In this document: positions 35,192-44,921 of the stretch, piece by piece
How positions within the stretch are numbered: position 1 is the stretch's first letter
How the letters are laid out: every line of letters starts with the position of its first letter
DNA from: Desulfobacterales bacterium
Lineage (GTDB): Bacteria; Desulfobacterota; Desulfobacteria; Desulfobacterales; UBA2156
DNA: 60,857 nt
NCBI GenBank assembly: GCA_027025555.1
Contig: JALVQN010000217.1
Span: 1 to 60,857, forward strand
Reading direction: 5' to 3'
The notes under the pieces: generated by a model
Seen by the model: the letters and a program-made list of their open reading frames with translations, nothing else
Database searches by the model: none
What the model was told of the DNA's origin: nothing
Position numbers and translations under genes: made by a program

Positions 35192-36006
35192 TTTGTCTTT
35201 TCCTTTGTGGGGGGTTCCTGAATTTCGTCTTTTTGGATTTCGACTTCCTGGCCGTCCTCCAGGCGGATGAGCAGGCGGTCGCAAATCACGTTGTGGCGCA
35301 GGACTTTTCCCTTACCGCGATGGGTCTTCACCATCCGACCGGGGGGCGGGAAGGTTTTTTTTAATTCCAGATAGGTGTCGTTCTCATAGGTCAGGCAACA
35401 CATCAATCGGCCGCATTGCCCTGAGATCTTGGTGGGGTTCAAGGAGAGCCCCTGTTCTTTGGCCATCCGAATGGAAATCGGTTCGAACTTTTCGATGAAG
35501 GTAGAGCAGCACAGGGGCCTTCCGCAACGACCGATCCCGCCGCACATCTTGGCCTGGTTGCGTATGCCGACCTGCCGCATTTCCACCCGGATGCCCAGTT
35601 CTTTCACCAGCATTTTCACCAGCTGGCGAAAATCGACACGGCCTTCGGCAGTAAAGAAAAAGGTCAGTTTATTGCCGTCAAAAGTACTCTCCACAGAAAA
35701 CAGGTGCATTGAAAGACCCAGCTTCCGGATACATTCCAGGCAAAAGGCATGGGCCCGTTTTTCCATTTCCCGGTTTCGCTCCACCTGACGGAAATCGTTT
35801 TCCACGGCCAACCGGTAGACCTTCTTCAGGGGCCTCTCCAAGGTCTTCTCATCACAAAGGAAAGGGGCCACCACCACGGTTCCCAACTCGAACCCCTGTT
35901 CCGTTTCCACGATCACGGCATCGCCCTTTTTCAGGACGAAGGCGCCGCAATCGAAGTGATAGATTTTTCCGGCGGGCTTAAACCGGATTCCGACGACTTT
36001 TTTCAT
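35188..36006 (-). CDS. PSP1/RicT (YaaT) domain protein
   Basis: VGIRFK..GKIY, FTAEGRVDFR, GGIGRCGRPLCC, MAKEQ.LSLNPTKISGQCGRLMCCL.YE. Confidence 0.92.
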   Translation of the reverse strand: MKKVVGIRFKPAGKIYHFDCGAFVLKKGDAVIVETEQGFELGTVVVAPFLCDEKTLERPLKKVYRLAVENDFRQVERNREMEKRAHAFCLECIRKLGLSMHLFSVESTFDGNKLTFFFTAEGRVDFRQLVKMLVKELGIRVEMRQVGIRNQAKMCGGIGRCGRPLCCSTFIEKFEPISIRMAKEQGLSLNPTKISGQCGRLMCCLTYENDTYLELKKTFPPPGRMVKTHRGKGKVLRHNVICDRLLIRLEDGQEVEIQKDEIQEPPTKEKTN

Positions 36007-37066
36007 GATAGGCTTTTCGAAGACAAATCATCATGGTTTCCAATGCCAGGCGGGGGTTCACATGGGCCTCAAGATCCCGTTGAGCCTTCTGAATCACCTC
36101 CATTTGGGTTAACAGGGTATCCAGTGAGAGGTGCCGGGAAACCTGCTGCATGTCCTGGAGCAGATCCCTGTTGAAGACGGCGTTGGATCCCTTCTTCAGT
36201 ACCACAAGATCCCGGAGGTAGGCCTGAAGAATCTCCAGGATCTCAAAGAGGTGTTCCTTTTCGGCCGCCAGGCGTTCGGCAAAGCGCAGACACCAAAGCA
36301 GTGAACCGGAGGCCAACGTTTCCGGGGAATCCAGACCGGAGGCGGAAATGAGGCGCTTTCTTTGATTCAACCAGCTTGCATCTTCAGATGCCAGACCTGC
36401 CATGGCCACGGCCTTGGGCAGGCTGCCGTGGGCCATCCGGGCCAGGACGGCCGCCTCGTCCTTTGAGAAGCCGCAGGTCTTTTGTAAAGTGGTGCGGATG
36501 CGGCTTTCAGGAAGGGGATGAAAGAAGATGACATGGCAACGGGACACGATGGTGGGGAGCAGGTCCGATCGCTGGGAGGCCGTGAGGATCCAGACGGTCC
36601 GGGAGGGGGGTTCCTCAAGTACTTTCAGGAGGCAATTGGCCGCTTCCTGGGTCATCCGGGGGGCATCCACAATCACGGCCATCCGCCTTTTTGCCTCAAA
36701 GGGTCGCAGGGACAGTTGATGGCAGAGACTCCGGATGCGATCGATCTTGATGACCGAACGAGCGGATTCCACCACATGGATGTCCGGATGATTTCCGGTG
36801 AGAATTTTTCGGCAGGGCAGGCACCGGCCGCAGGGGACGGTGCCGAAGAGGGCCTCCCTTGGGACCGTGTTCCCTTCCCTTGGGGCGCTTTTGCAGTTAC
36901 AGGCCATGGCAAAGGCCCGCGCCGCCTCTTTTTTCCCCACGCCTTCCATGCCGGTAAAGAGAAGGGCATGGGGGAGACGGCCGGTTTCAAGGAAAGCGCC
37001 GAGCAGGCGCCGTGCATGCGTCTGGTCTTTTACGATGTCGAGACCCGTTTCCAAAGAAGGCGTCAC
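35978..37066 (-). CDS. holB: DNA polymerase III subunit delta'
   Basis: HALLFTG.EGVGK, CGRCLPC, HPD, AANCLLKVLEEP, LLPTIVSRC. Confidence 0.92.
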   Translation of the reverse strand: MTPSLETGLDIVKDQTHARRLLGAFLETGRLPHALLFTGMEGVGKKEAARAFAMACNCKSAPREGNTVPREALFGTVPCGRCLPCRKILTGNHPDIHVVESARSVIKIDRIRSLCHQLSLRPFEAKRRMAVIVDAPRMTQEAANCLLKVLEEPPSRTVWILTASQRSDLLPTIVSRCHVIFFHPLPESRIRTTLQKTCGFSKDEAAVLARMAHGSLPKAVAMAGLASEDASWLNQRKRLISASGLDSPETLASGSLLWCLRFAERLAAEKEHLFEILEILQAYLRDLVVLKKGSNAVFNRDLLQDMQQVSRHLSLDTLLTQMEVIQKAQRDLEAHVNPRLALETMMICLRKAYHEKSRRNPV

Positions 37067-37141
37067 AGGACTCCCTTTTCCAGGATTTGGTTTCTAAAGC
37101 TTGAAGGTCACTTTAAATAAAAAAGACTCCTAAGACAAGAG

Positions 37142-37669
37142 TTACCCGCCGAAATGGGGGATCTTCTCCACATCGTCTTCTTCCACATCCACGGCGGCAT
37201 ATTGCCCCAGGGCCTCAATGTTGACGACAACGCGGCCCTGGCGCCGATATCGCACGAAAACCCCCGTCACGCCTGTGAAAGGCCCCCGCACCACCATCAC
37301 CCGGTCCCCTTTTTTAAAACGGTTCCCTGTGGAGACAGGTTGGTCGGTGTTGACCATGATTTGCAAAGAGGTCACGGTTTCCTCCGGAACCGGGACCGGC
37401 CCGAGTTTGTTGCCGATGAGCCGTACCGCGCCCACGGTCTTGACGATCTCCAGGTGCTCGTAAGGGTTCAAATCGGTCTTTACAAAGACATAGCCTGGAA
37501 ACAGGGGGACACGAATGACGCGTCTTCGATCCCGACGCCTGCTTTGGACCTGAATTTTGGGGAGAAAGACTTCCAGGGATTTTTTGGACAGGCCCTCCCG
37601 CACCACGTTTTCAAAACGGCTCTTGGTATGGAGCACATACCATTTCCGGACGAGCACATCGCTTTTCAT
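37142..37669 (-). CDS. NusG paralog, UpxY/RfaH/LoaP-type antiterminator
   Basis: WYVLHTKSRFE, PLFPGYVFV (NGN) and GDRVMVVRGPFTG (KOW). Start at 37669 overlaps the gmhA stop. Not in a secE-nusG-rplK context. Confidence 0.85.
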   Translation of the reverse strand: MKSDVLVRKWYVLHTKSRFENVVREGLSKKSLEVFLPKIQVQSRRRDRRRVIRVPLFPGYVFVKTDLNPYEHLEIVKTVGAVRLIGNKLGPVPVPEETVTSLQIMVNTDQPVSTGNRFKKGDRVMVVRGPFTGVTGVFVRYRRQGRVVVNIEALGQYAAVDVEEDDVEKIPHFGG

Positions 37670-38256
37670 GTAAGGGCATGCTCCTTTGGGTGCAGCCATG
37701 CGTAAAGGACCTGCATGATCATGTGGGCGGTAATAAAATGGAGATCCTCCACTTTTTGCATGTCCTCCATGCGGACCACCAGGGGCACGTGTACCATCCG
37801 GGCCAGCTTTCCTCCGGAAAAACCGCACAATCCGGCTGTTTTCCCGCCGTTCTCATTGGCAAAGGAGACGGCCTTCAGCACGTTTTCGGAATTTCCACTC
37901 GCCGAGATGCCGATGACCACGTCCCCTTTGATGAAAAAGTTCTTCATCTGTTCCACAAAGATGCTGGCATAGGACAGGTCGTTGGCGTAGGCCAGGAGGC
38001 TGGGGAGGTTGTCGTTGAGACAGATGACCTTGAACTTCTTGTCCCGGTCCAGGCAGCATCCTTTGTTGATATCACAGGCCAGGTGAGAGGCCGTTGCCCC
38101 GCTTCCGCCGTTTCCCATGACGAAAATACGGCGCCCTTCATCATAGGCATAGAAGAAAAGCTGCACCAATTTATCGAATTGGTCCTTGTCAAAGCCGGCG
38201 ATGGCCTTGGAAAGGTCGGTCAGGTAGCGGCTGGCGAATGTCTTGGAATCGATCAT
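37666..38256 (-). CDS. gmhA: Phosphoheptose isomerase (SIS)
   Basis: GNGGSGATASH, ANDLSY..IF.EQ, ISASGNSENV, GFSGG, QKVEDLH. Confidence 0.85.
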   Translation of the reverse strand: MIDSKTFASRYLTDLSKAIAGFDKDQFDKLVQLFFYAYDEGRRIFVMGNGGSGATASHLACDINKGCCLDRDKKFKVICLNDNLPSLLAYANDLSYASIFVEQMKNFFIKGDVVIGISASGNSENVLKAVSFANENGGKTAGLCGFSGGKLARMVHVPLVVRMEDMQKVEDLHFITAHMIMQVLYAWLHPKEHALT

Positions 38257-38268
38257 ATGGACCTCGTT

Positions 38269-39408
38269 TCAGGTTTTCATCTCTCGAATGACATGCATCT
38301 GTTTCATCTGCTGCTGCGCAAGGGTTAAGGCGTCTGCCTGCACCTTTTTTCGGGTGATGTACGCCCAGTAAGCCTCAATGCTGTCTTTCACGGTGCGCCG
38401 GGGCGACCACCCCAGGGCTTGAAGCCGGGAGGTGTCCGAAACGATGTGCCGGGTGTCCCCGAAACGGTAACACCCCGGAATCCGGGGTTCGATGTCCTTG
38501 TTCAGGGTTTTCTGCATTTCACGGTAAAAGTCGAGGACGGTCCAGGGAACCCCCCCTCCCACGTTGAAAACACACCCGTTGGCCGCATCGCTTTCCAGAA
38601 CCAGGAGGTTGGCCTCCACCACGTCCTGGATATTGATAAAATCCCGGACCTGCTGGCCGTCTTCAAAGATCACCGGGCCGGTGTCAAAGAGCAGGGAGAG
38701 GGCGAAGATCCGCATGGCCCCGGAATAGGCGTTGAAGAAGGATTGGCGCTCTCCCTGGACGATGGAATAGCGCAGGACCACGGTGGGGATGCCGTACCGG
38801 TTTCCCAGGTTCAAGGCGATCTGCTCCTGGGAATGCTTGGACAGGGCATAGGGATTGCAGGGATGGACCACGGATTCATCGGAGGGGACCCATTGAAGGA
38901 TCCTGTGGCAGACCGGGCATCGATGGTCCCATGCGCCCTTTAGAAGCTGGGCTTCCGGCCGGATGGCGGGATAGATGAAATGATCTCCGCCCGGGAAGCA
39001 GTCGGGACAGTAGTGGCGGCCTTCCCCCATGACCGCCTGGCTTGCCGCCACGATGATCTTTTTGATCTTGCCGGTCATCTGCTTTTCGACAAGGACTTCA
39101 TAAAGAAGCGCCGTGGATACGGCGTTGACATGGAAGAAGGTTGAAAAGTCGGTCATGTAGTCCTGGTAGGCGGCAAAGTGGTAGACCACATCCATGCCTT
39201 TGAGAGCTTCCTCCCAGGTCCCTTTTTCCCGGACATCGGCCTGCATCCATTGGGCCTTGACATTGAAGTGGTCCGGTCGCCCATGGGGATGCACCCTCTT
39301 GGAGAGGTTGTCCAAAACCCGTACCCGATGTCCTTGTCGGATGAGGGCATCCACGGTATGAGAGCCGATGAAACCGGCGCCGCCAGTGACCAGGATCCGA
39401 TACCCCAT
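38269..39408 (-). CDS. NAD-dependent nucleotide-sugar epimerase/dehydratase with Cys-pair insert
   Basis: VTGGAGFIGS, YALSK, FEDGQQVRDF, YRFGDTRH. CPDC..CPVC insertion. Confidence 0.88.
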   Translation of the reverse strand: MGYRILVTGGAGFIGSHTVDALIRQGHRVRVLDNLSKRVHPHGRPDHFNVKAQWMQADVREKGTWEEALKGMDVVYHFAAYQDYMTDFSTFFHVNAVSTALLYEVLVEKQMTGKIKKIIVAASQAVMGEGRHYCPDCFPGGDHFIYPAIRPEAQLLKGAWDHRCPVCHRILQWVPSDESVVHPCNPYALSKHSQEQIALNLGNRYGIPTVVLRYSIVQGERQSFFNAYSGAMRIFALSLLFDTGPVIFEDGQQVRDFINIQDVVEANLLVLESDAANGCVFNVGGGVPWTVLDFYREMQKTLNKDIEPRIPGCYRFGDTRHIVSDTSRLQALGWSPRRTVKDSIEAYWAYITRKKVQADALTLAQQQMKQMHVIREMKT

Positions 39409-39472
39409 GCTTACTGTTCTCCCGGAGTGTGTGGTGCCGCCCGTTGAAACAGGGCTTGATCCGCACCCGTTT

Positions 39473-40468
39473 TCATTTGCTCGAATAGGAACGGTCGTCG
39501 AAGATGACCTTGGATCCGCTTTCTTCCAGCATGAATGGAAGCTCCCTGTAGGGTCTCATGGCTTCCATGATTTGTTCCTGCCTTTCCCTGGATGCGATCA
39601 ACAGAAGAAAACCGCCGCCGCCGGCCCCGGCAATCTTTGTCCCCAGCGCCCCGGCTTTCTTGGCCGTTTGGATCATTTTTTCGATGGAATCGTTGGTAAT
39701 GGCTTCGGCCATCCGCTGTTTGAGGCGCCAATTTTCATCGAGGAGCCGCCCGCACTCCGTGATGTCCCCCGCGCACAGGGCTTCCCGGAAGGGATCCACA
39801 AGATCCGTCATTTGGATCATGGTTTCAAAGGCGGCTTTTTCAGAAACGTTTTTCTGCTGTGCGGCAAGGATCGTATCGGCCTTTCGGGTGATGCCGGTGT
39901 AGTAAAGAAGCAAAGACGCGGAAAATTTTCTTTTTGCGGCCGGATCCACGGAGATGGGGACCCGCGTGGTGGTGCCGTCTTCATGAAAAATGAACTGGTT
40001 GAGGCCGCCGTATGCGGCGGCATATTGATCCTGTTTGCCGATGGGTTTATTGAGAATGTCGATTTCGATCCGGCAGGCCGTTTCGGCCAGATGTTTTGCG
40101 GTGACAAGGATGTTCCGGTAGGCATAGAGGGCGTGCAACAGGGCGACGGTGATGGCGCTTGAACTCCCGAGCCCCGAACCGCTGGAGGGCACATCCGCCA
40201 AGGTGGTGATCTCGATGCCTTTTTCCACACCGGTGATCTTCATGGCCTCCCGCACCAGATCGTGTCGGATTTCAGAGACACGGTCCACGCACTCCTTTTT
40301 GGAGTAGTTGATATAAATCATGTCGTCGAAGCGTTCTTTGACGATGGCATAGACAAACTTATCGATGGCCGAGCAGATGACTCTGCCGGGCCGTGCGGCA
40401 TAGAAAGCCTTCATGTCGGATCCGCCGCCGGTAAAGCTCAACCGAAGCGGTGTCTTGACGATCACCAT
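39473..40468 (-). CDS. hddA: GHMP kinase, D-glycero-alpha-D-manno-heptose-7-phosphate kinase-like
   Basis: KTPLRLSFTGGGSD, GSGLGSS, GKQDQY, GAGGGG. Two genes from gmhA. Confidence 0.8.
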   Translation of the reverse strand: MVIVKTPLRLSFTGGGSDMKAFYAARPGRVICSAIDKFVYAIVKERFDDMIYINYSKKECVDRVSEIRHDLVREAMKITGVEKGIEITTLADVPSSGSGLGSSSAITVALLHALYAYRNILVTAKHLAETACRIEIDILNKPIGKQDQYAAAYGGLNQFIFHEDGTTTRVPISVDPAAKRKFSASLLLYYTGITRKADTILAAQQKNVSEKAAFETMIQMTDLVDPFREALCAGDITECGRLLDENWRLKQRMAEAITNDSIEKMIQTAKKAGALGTKIAGAGGGGFLLLIASRERQEQIMEAMRPYRELPFMLEESGSKVIFDDRSYSSK

Positions 40469-40505
40469 ATCTGCATCCTTGCGCTGTTTGGATGGGCCCG
40501 AGGGT

Positions 40506-42851
40506 TCATGGGGCTTCTTGTTTATCCTCCCCCAAGCTGCCCCCGAAACCCCCCAGACCGAAAAGATGGAGCATCACGGAATAGGTGCGATCTTCGAATT
40601 CGTCCATGTATCGAAAATCGATGGACCAGCACTGGGCCGTATAGATCACGCCGACGCCGCTTTTGATGTCCTCCTTGTCATAGAGGTTGCGCTCGTATTC
40701 CGTAAAGAGCAGCACTTGCGGCATCACGTGGACGGAAAGCCGGACGTAGATGGATTCCTTCCCGTCCGATTTTCCTTCGGCCGAATCCCGTTGATACCGG
40801 TATTCCGCAAAGAGCCTGTCTCCCCGGAAATCCCGCACCCTGCATTTGCCATTATACGACATCCAGTCGTCTTCGTAAACCGACCATTGGGCATTCGCTT
40901 CAAGGGAGAGGATTTCTTTCGGGCGGATTTCCAGGCGCCCCTTGATGTTGGAAAAGGGCTGTTTTTCTTCCTTGTCCTTGTCGGTGGCCTCATAGATGTC
41001 GTAGCTTTGACTGAGGGTGAAGCGCGCGAACTCCCGGTAGGTATACGGTGAGATTTCCCCGTTCGGGCTTTTCCCGGGGGACCTCGAAGTGAAGGTGTTT
41101 GTAATCGAGTAAGTGACTTGATTGATTCTTTTGATCCGGTCGACACCGTCAAAGTGTGGGAATTGATCCTGTTTTTTTTCGGGAAGATAGCGATAGCTTA
41201 CCCTTGGAAGGATGCTGTGTTTGATTTTATCGACGCCCTTTATGCCGACTGTGTAAATGCGATAGAATTCCGTGTTGAGTTTCAGGCCCGTATCATAGAG
41301 ATCCCTGAGATGGGTGCTGTCTCTTTCCTCATCGTTAGTTGCAAACTGGTCGATACTCCAGTAGGTTTCCCGGATCCCGAAAAAGGGTTCCAGATTCAGA
41401 TAGTTTTTGAGTTTTATGGGAAGAAAAAGCTTTGGATAGAAATCCACACGGTGGCCCCGGAGTTCGTCTTTTCTATAGAACCGAACATACTCGGAAGAGA
41501 GGTCGTAATAAAGCGGGGTACCCAGAAACCGTCCCTTTGAAATGTCGTATTCCACAAAGGGAAGGCGATGCAGGGTTGTGTCCAAATCGTCCGGGTCGCT
41601 GTGCCTTTTGAAGATGACGTTGTCGTACCATCGGGCTTCGATGTTCAGGTTGCTTCGGTTCCAACTCCGATTCAGATTCAGGCGGTTCAACCGGGTGGTG
41701 TCCGTGTAGTCATCCACGCCTCTGCCGAAGACGTTTTCGAAATACCGGTCGGTCTCGTCGAACCCATTGTAGCCGCTTTTGAATTCCACCAGATAATCCT
41801 GATCCGAGACAATGTCCAGATCGAGTTTGGCGAAAAAGTCCCAGGGAAGTGCCTGGTCGTGTTTCATCCGGAACCAGTACCGGTCCCGGTTGGGCCTTAA
41901 ATACCGGTCGTCCGGATATCCCCATCGGTCACTGGCGTCGTCGCGTCCGTCGTCCACCTGACGGTCTTTTAGAAAATCCCCCATGAGGGTCCCTTTAGAA
42001 TCGGGACTCAAGACGAATCGGTATTCAAAACCGACCTTTTCCCCCCGTCGATCCATGTGGTCCAGGTAGAAGGTGGCATCCGAACTCTCGTTGATGGCCC
42101 AGAAATAGGGTTGTTCATACTGCGTTCCCCGCCGGTCCGAGACCCCCAGCCGGGGCGGAAGGAATCCGGACTGGCGCTTGGTCTTGGCGGGAAAGATGAA
42201 GTAGGGGGTATAAAGGACCGGGACCTTTTTCAGCCAGAGTGTGCTGTGGGAGGCCACGCCGTATCCATCCAGCGTGACGGAAACGTTGTGTGCCGTAATT
42301 TTCCAGGCCGGATTTTCCCCGTCACAGGTGGAGAGACTGGCGGATCGGATGCGGTAGGTCTTTTTCCCGGTCTTTTGGATTTTATCCCCCCGGATGTGGA
42401 AATGGCTTTGCTTTAGAAATACCTTGCCGTGATAGGCGGTTCCGGTTTCCTCCTTCAGGTTTACCCGGATACGATCGCCGGTGAGGATGTCCTCCCCGGC
42501 GGTCAAGACCGCGTGTCCGATGGCCACGGCCTGGCCGGTTTTATGGTTGAGCTGAACAAAATCGGCGGAAATCCGGGTATCCTCCTTGAAAATGACGACA
42601 TTTCCGGCGGCCACGTAATGGTCTGCTTTTTGATCGTAAAAGAGGGAATCGGCGCTGATCTGCCAGAAAGATGCCGTGTCTGCAGCGCCGGATGGGAAGG
42701 CTTTTCCCAAAGGACTTGCGGCCTGGGCCAACCAGGCGTCGGCCGCCCCGAAACAGGCGAAAAGGGCGACGAAAAGAAAGGGCTTCGCTAGAATCCCCAA
42801 CGACCCGGAAAGGCATCTGGAAAAAAAATGATGGAGGTCTTTTGCGGGCAT
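40506..42851 (-). CDS. lptD: LPS-assembly protein LptD
   Basis: ISAD..YDQ..A.GNV, STCD..PAWKI.A, VPVLYTPY, RQSGFL.P, PYFWAI, beta-barrel C-terminus ending ..QCWS... Start approximate; the ORF-track extension to 43880 is antisense to surE. Confidence 0.88.
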   Translation of the reverse strand: MPAKDLHHFFSRCLSGSLGILAKPFLFVALFACFGAADAWLAQAASPLGKAFPSGAADTASFWQISADSLFYDQKADHYVAAGNVVIFKEDTRISADFVQLNHKTGQAVAIGHAVLTAGEDILTGDRIRVNLKEETGTAYHGKVFLKQSHFHIRGDKIQKTGKKTYRIRSASLSTCDGENPAWKITAHNVSVTLDGYGVASHSTLWLKKVPVLYTPYFIFPAKTKRQSGFLPPRLGVSDRRGTQYEQPYFWAINESSDATFYLDHMDRRGEKVGFEYRFVLSPDSKGTLMGDFLKDRQVDDGRDDASDRWGYPDDRYLRPNRDRYWFRMKHDQALPWDFFAKLDLDIVSDQDYLVEFKSGYNGFDETDRYFENVFGRGVDDYTDTTRLNRLNLNRSWNRSNLNIEARWYDNVIFKRHSDPDDLDTTLHRLPFVEYDISKGRFLGTPLYYDLSSEYVRFYRKDELRGHRVDFYPKLFLPIKLKNYLNLEPFFGIRETYWSIDQFATNDEERDSTHLRDLYDTGLKLNTEFYRIYTVGIKGVDKIKHSILPRVSYRYLPEKKQDQFPHFDGVDRIKRINQVTYSITNTFTSRSPGKSPNGEISPYTYREFARFTLSQSYDIYEATDKDKEEKQPFSNIKGRLEIRPKEILSLEANAQWSVYEDDWMSYNGKCRVRDFRGDRLFAEYRYQRDSAEGKSDGKESIYVRLSVHVMPQVLLFTEYERNLYDKEDIKSGVGVIYTAQCWSIDFRYMDEFEDRTYSVMLHLFGLGGFGGSLGEDKQEAP

Positions 42852-42936
42852 AGGCAATCGCTTGGACGACTTTGGGCGGATCCAGGCGCTTCCCAAAATC
42901 TTACCGGAGGCCGCGGCGCATCGGTGGATAAGTTTC

Positions 42937-42965
42937 TTGAACACCCATAAGGTTTTATGTATAAA
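42937..42965 (+). promoter_or_regulatory. Putative sigma70 promoter for the surE operon
   Basis: TTGAAC-N17-TATAAA. Confidence 0.5.
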
Positions 42966-43094
42966 TCCGACTCGTCGCCAAAAGTCAACATGAAGTTGAT
43001 CGCACCTGTTCAGCCGCAAAGGCGCCTCTGTGGGGTGCTCAAGAGACACGCAGTGCGCTTTTGGGTAAGGACACAACAGACGGGACCCAAGTCC

Positions 43095-43871
43095 ATGAAT
43101 ATCCTCTTGACCAATGACGACGGGATCCATGCACCGGGCATCCAGGCCCTTTATCGCCGTTTTGCGGTCCAGCATGCCGTGACCCTTGTTGCCCCGGACC
43201 GCCAGCGCAGTGCCGTGGGCCATTCCATCACGTTGCACAAGCCGATTCGATGTGATCGGGTGCCCCTTGACGGAGGCGGCCGGGGATACGCCGTAAGCGG
43301 TACCCCGGCCGACTGCGTCAAGCTGGCGGTCCACGAGCTCATGGAGGGCGTGCCGGACCTGGTCCTTTCCGGGATCAACCCCGGGGCAAATGTCGGTTTT
43401 AATGTGAACTATTCGGGAACGGTCTGTGCCGCCAAGGAGGCGGGGTATTACGGCATTCCCGCCATTGCGGTGTCCCACTTGGGGGCCGAAAGCCGGTTCC
43501 TTGAGGATGCCGCGGCATTTGTGGAGCGGGTGGCGGCGAGGATGTTCGGATCTCCCCTGCCCAAAGGATGCATTTTGAATCTCAATATCCCCGATGGCCC
43601 TTTTGAAAAAATTCCCGGGGTTCGGATCACCCGGCTGGAGACTTCCGTCTTTGAGGAGCGCTTCGAACGCCGGGTGGATCCCAGGAACCGGATCTATTAC
43701 TGGCAAGGGTGTGAACGCCACCGGGCCTTCAGCGGACCGGACACGGACGCGGCGGTCCTGAACAGCGGTTTCATCTCCCTCACCCCCCTTCGATGGGATC
43801 ATACGGAACTCCGGGTCCTGGAGGACATGAAGAGGTGGGCCTTGAACCCCCTGGGTGGCCATGGAAGATAA
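43095..43871 (+). CDS. surE: 5'/3'-nucleotidase SurE
   Basis: MNILLTNDDG, VAPD..RSAVGHS, GTPADCV, SGINPGAN, YSGTV. Confidence 0.95.
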   Translation: MNILLTNDDGIHAPGIQALYRRFAVQHAVTLVAPDRQRSAVGHSITLHKPIRCDRVPLDGGGRGYAVSGTPADCVKLAVHELMEGVPDLVLSGINPGANVGFNVNYSGTVCAAKEAGYYGIPAIAVSHLGAESRFLEDAAAFVERVAARMFGSPLPKGCILNLNIPDGPFEKIPGVRITRLETSVFEERFERRVDPRNRIYYWQGCERHRAFSGPDTDAAVLNSGFISLTPLRWDHTELRVLEDMKRWALNPLGGHGR

Positions 43872-44826
43872 GCGCTTCATGAAGCACCGGTTTGCAGTGG
43901 ACCTGAAGATCGGGGAGACCGTCGACGATGTCTTTTCGGTCTCCGAGAAGTCTTTGGGGAAGAAGAGGGACGGTGAGAGTTATCTCACCATGGTTCTGGG
44001 AGACCGATCCGGCAGCATCCGGGCCGTCATGTGGGAAGGTGCGGATCGCACCGCTTCTAAGATCCGGGACAGCGCATTCGTCCGGGTGAAGGGGTCGGTT
44101 TCGGAATATCAGGGACGACTCCAGGTGGTGGTGAAGGAGGCCATCCCTTTCCCGGAGAGCGAGATCGATCCGGAAGCCTTTCTTCCCAAGACCCCCCGGA
44201 ACATTGAAAGGATGTTTGCGCGCCTGGTGGAGATCGCCGACACCTTTCAAGACACCCCTTTGAAACGGCTCTTGACGGCTTTTTTCAGCGATGCGGACCT
44301 GATGGCCAAATTCAAGAGGGCGCCTGCGGCAAAGCGGATGCATCACGCCTATGTGGGGGGACTCTTGGAACATACGCTTTCCATGACCCTTCTCGCTGCC
44401 GCCGTTGCCGGGCACTACAGCGGTATCGATCGCGATCTCCTCTTGGCAGGCGCCGTTTTACATGATATCGGTAAAACCGAAGAATTTGTCTATCACCATG
44501 TGATCGACTATTCCAGCCGGGGCCGCCTGTTGGGGCACATCGTCATCGGCATGGAGATGATCGAGGCGAAGATACAGACGGTCAAGGGCTTTCCGGAGGA
44601 ACGGGCGGTTTTGTTGAAACATCTGGTGCTCAGCCATCATGGCAGCCGGGAATACGGGTCTCCGGAAGTCCCCAAAACCGTGGAGGCGGTGTTGCTTCAT
44701 TACATCGATGAAATCGATTCCAAGGTAAACGGCATTCGGGACTTCATCGAAGCGGAGGCGCCTGGTGAGGAATGGACGTCCTTTCACAGAATCCTGGGGC
44801 GGCAATTTTACCGGAAAAAGAGCTGA
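43861..44826 (+). CDS. yhaM: YhaM-like 3'-5' exoribonuclease (OB fold + HD domain)
   Basis: N-terminal OB fold (D.SG.I.A..W), PAAK.MHHAY.GGLLEHT, LHDIGK, GHI, SHHG..EYGSP. Confidence 0.87.
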   Translation: MEDKRFMKHRFAVDLKIGETVDDVFSVSEKSLGKKRDGESYLTMVLGDRSGSIRAVMWEGADRTASKIRDSAFVRVKGSVSEYQGRLQVVVKEAIPFPESEIDPEAFLPKTPRNIERMFARLVEIADTFQDTPLKRLLTAFFSDADLMAKFKRAPAAKRMHHAYVGGLLEHTLSMTLLAAAVAGHYSGIDRDLLLAGAVLHDIGKTEEFVYHHVIDYSSRGRLLGHIVIGMEMIEAKIQTVKGFPEERAVLLKHLVLSHHGSREYGSPEVPKTVEAVLLHYIDEIDSKVNGIRDFIEAEAPGEEWTSFHRILGRQFYRKKS

Positions 44827-44921
44827 AATGGAACAAAGGCCCGGCCCTCCCGGCATCCAGGCCGTCGTCTGAAACCGGTTTTCCCCTGACCCCCCCGACA
44901 CCAAAGGCATCCGGCTAAAAC

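Noticed and set aside
42889-43069. 6S or SRP RNA
   Set aside because: No SRP GGAA-loop consensus, and the bulge layout does not fit 6S. Kept only as an inverted-repeat finding.
42852-43880. N-terminal 340-aa extension of the LptD ORF (1124 aa in the track)
   Set aside because: It is antisense to surE and spans the promoter region. The signal-like segment begins near 42851.
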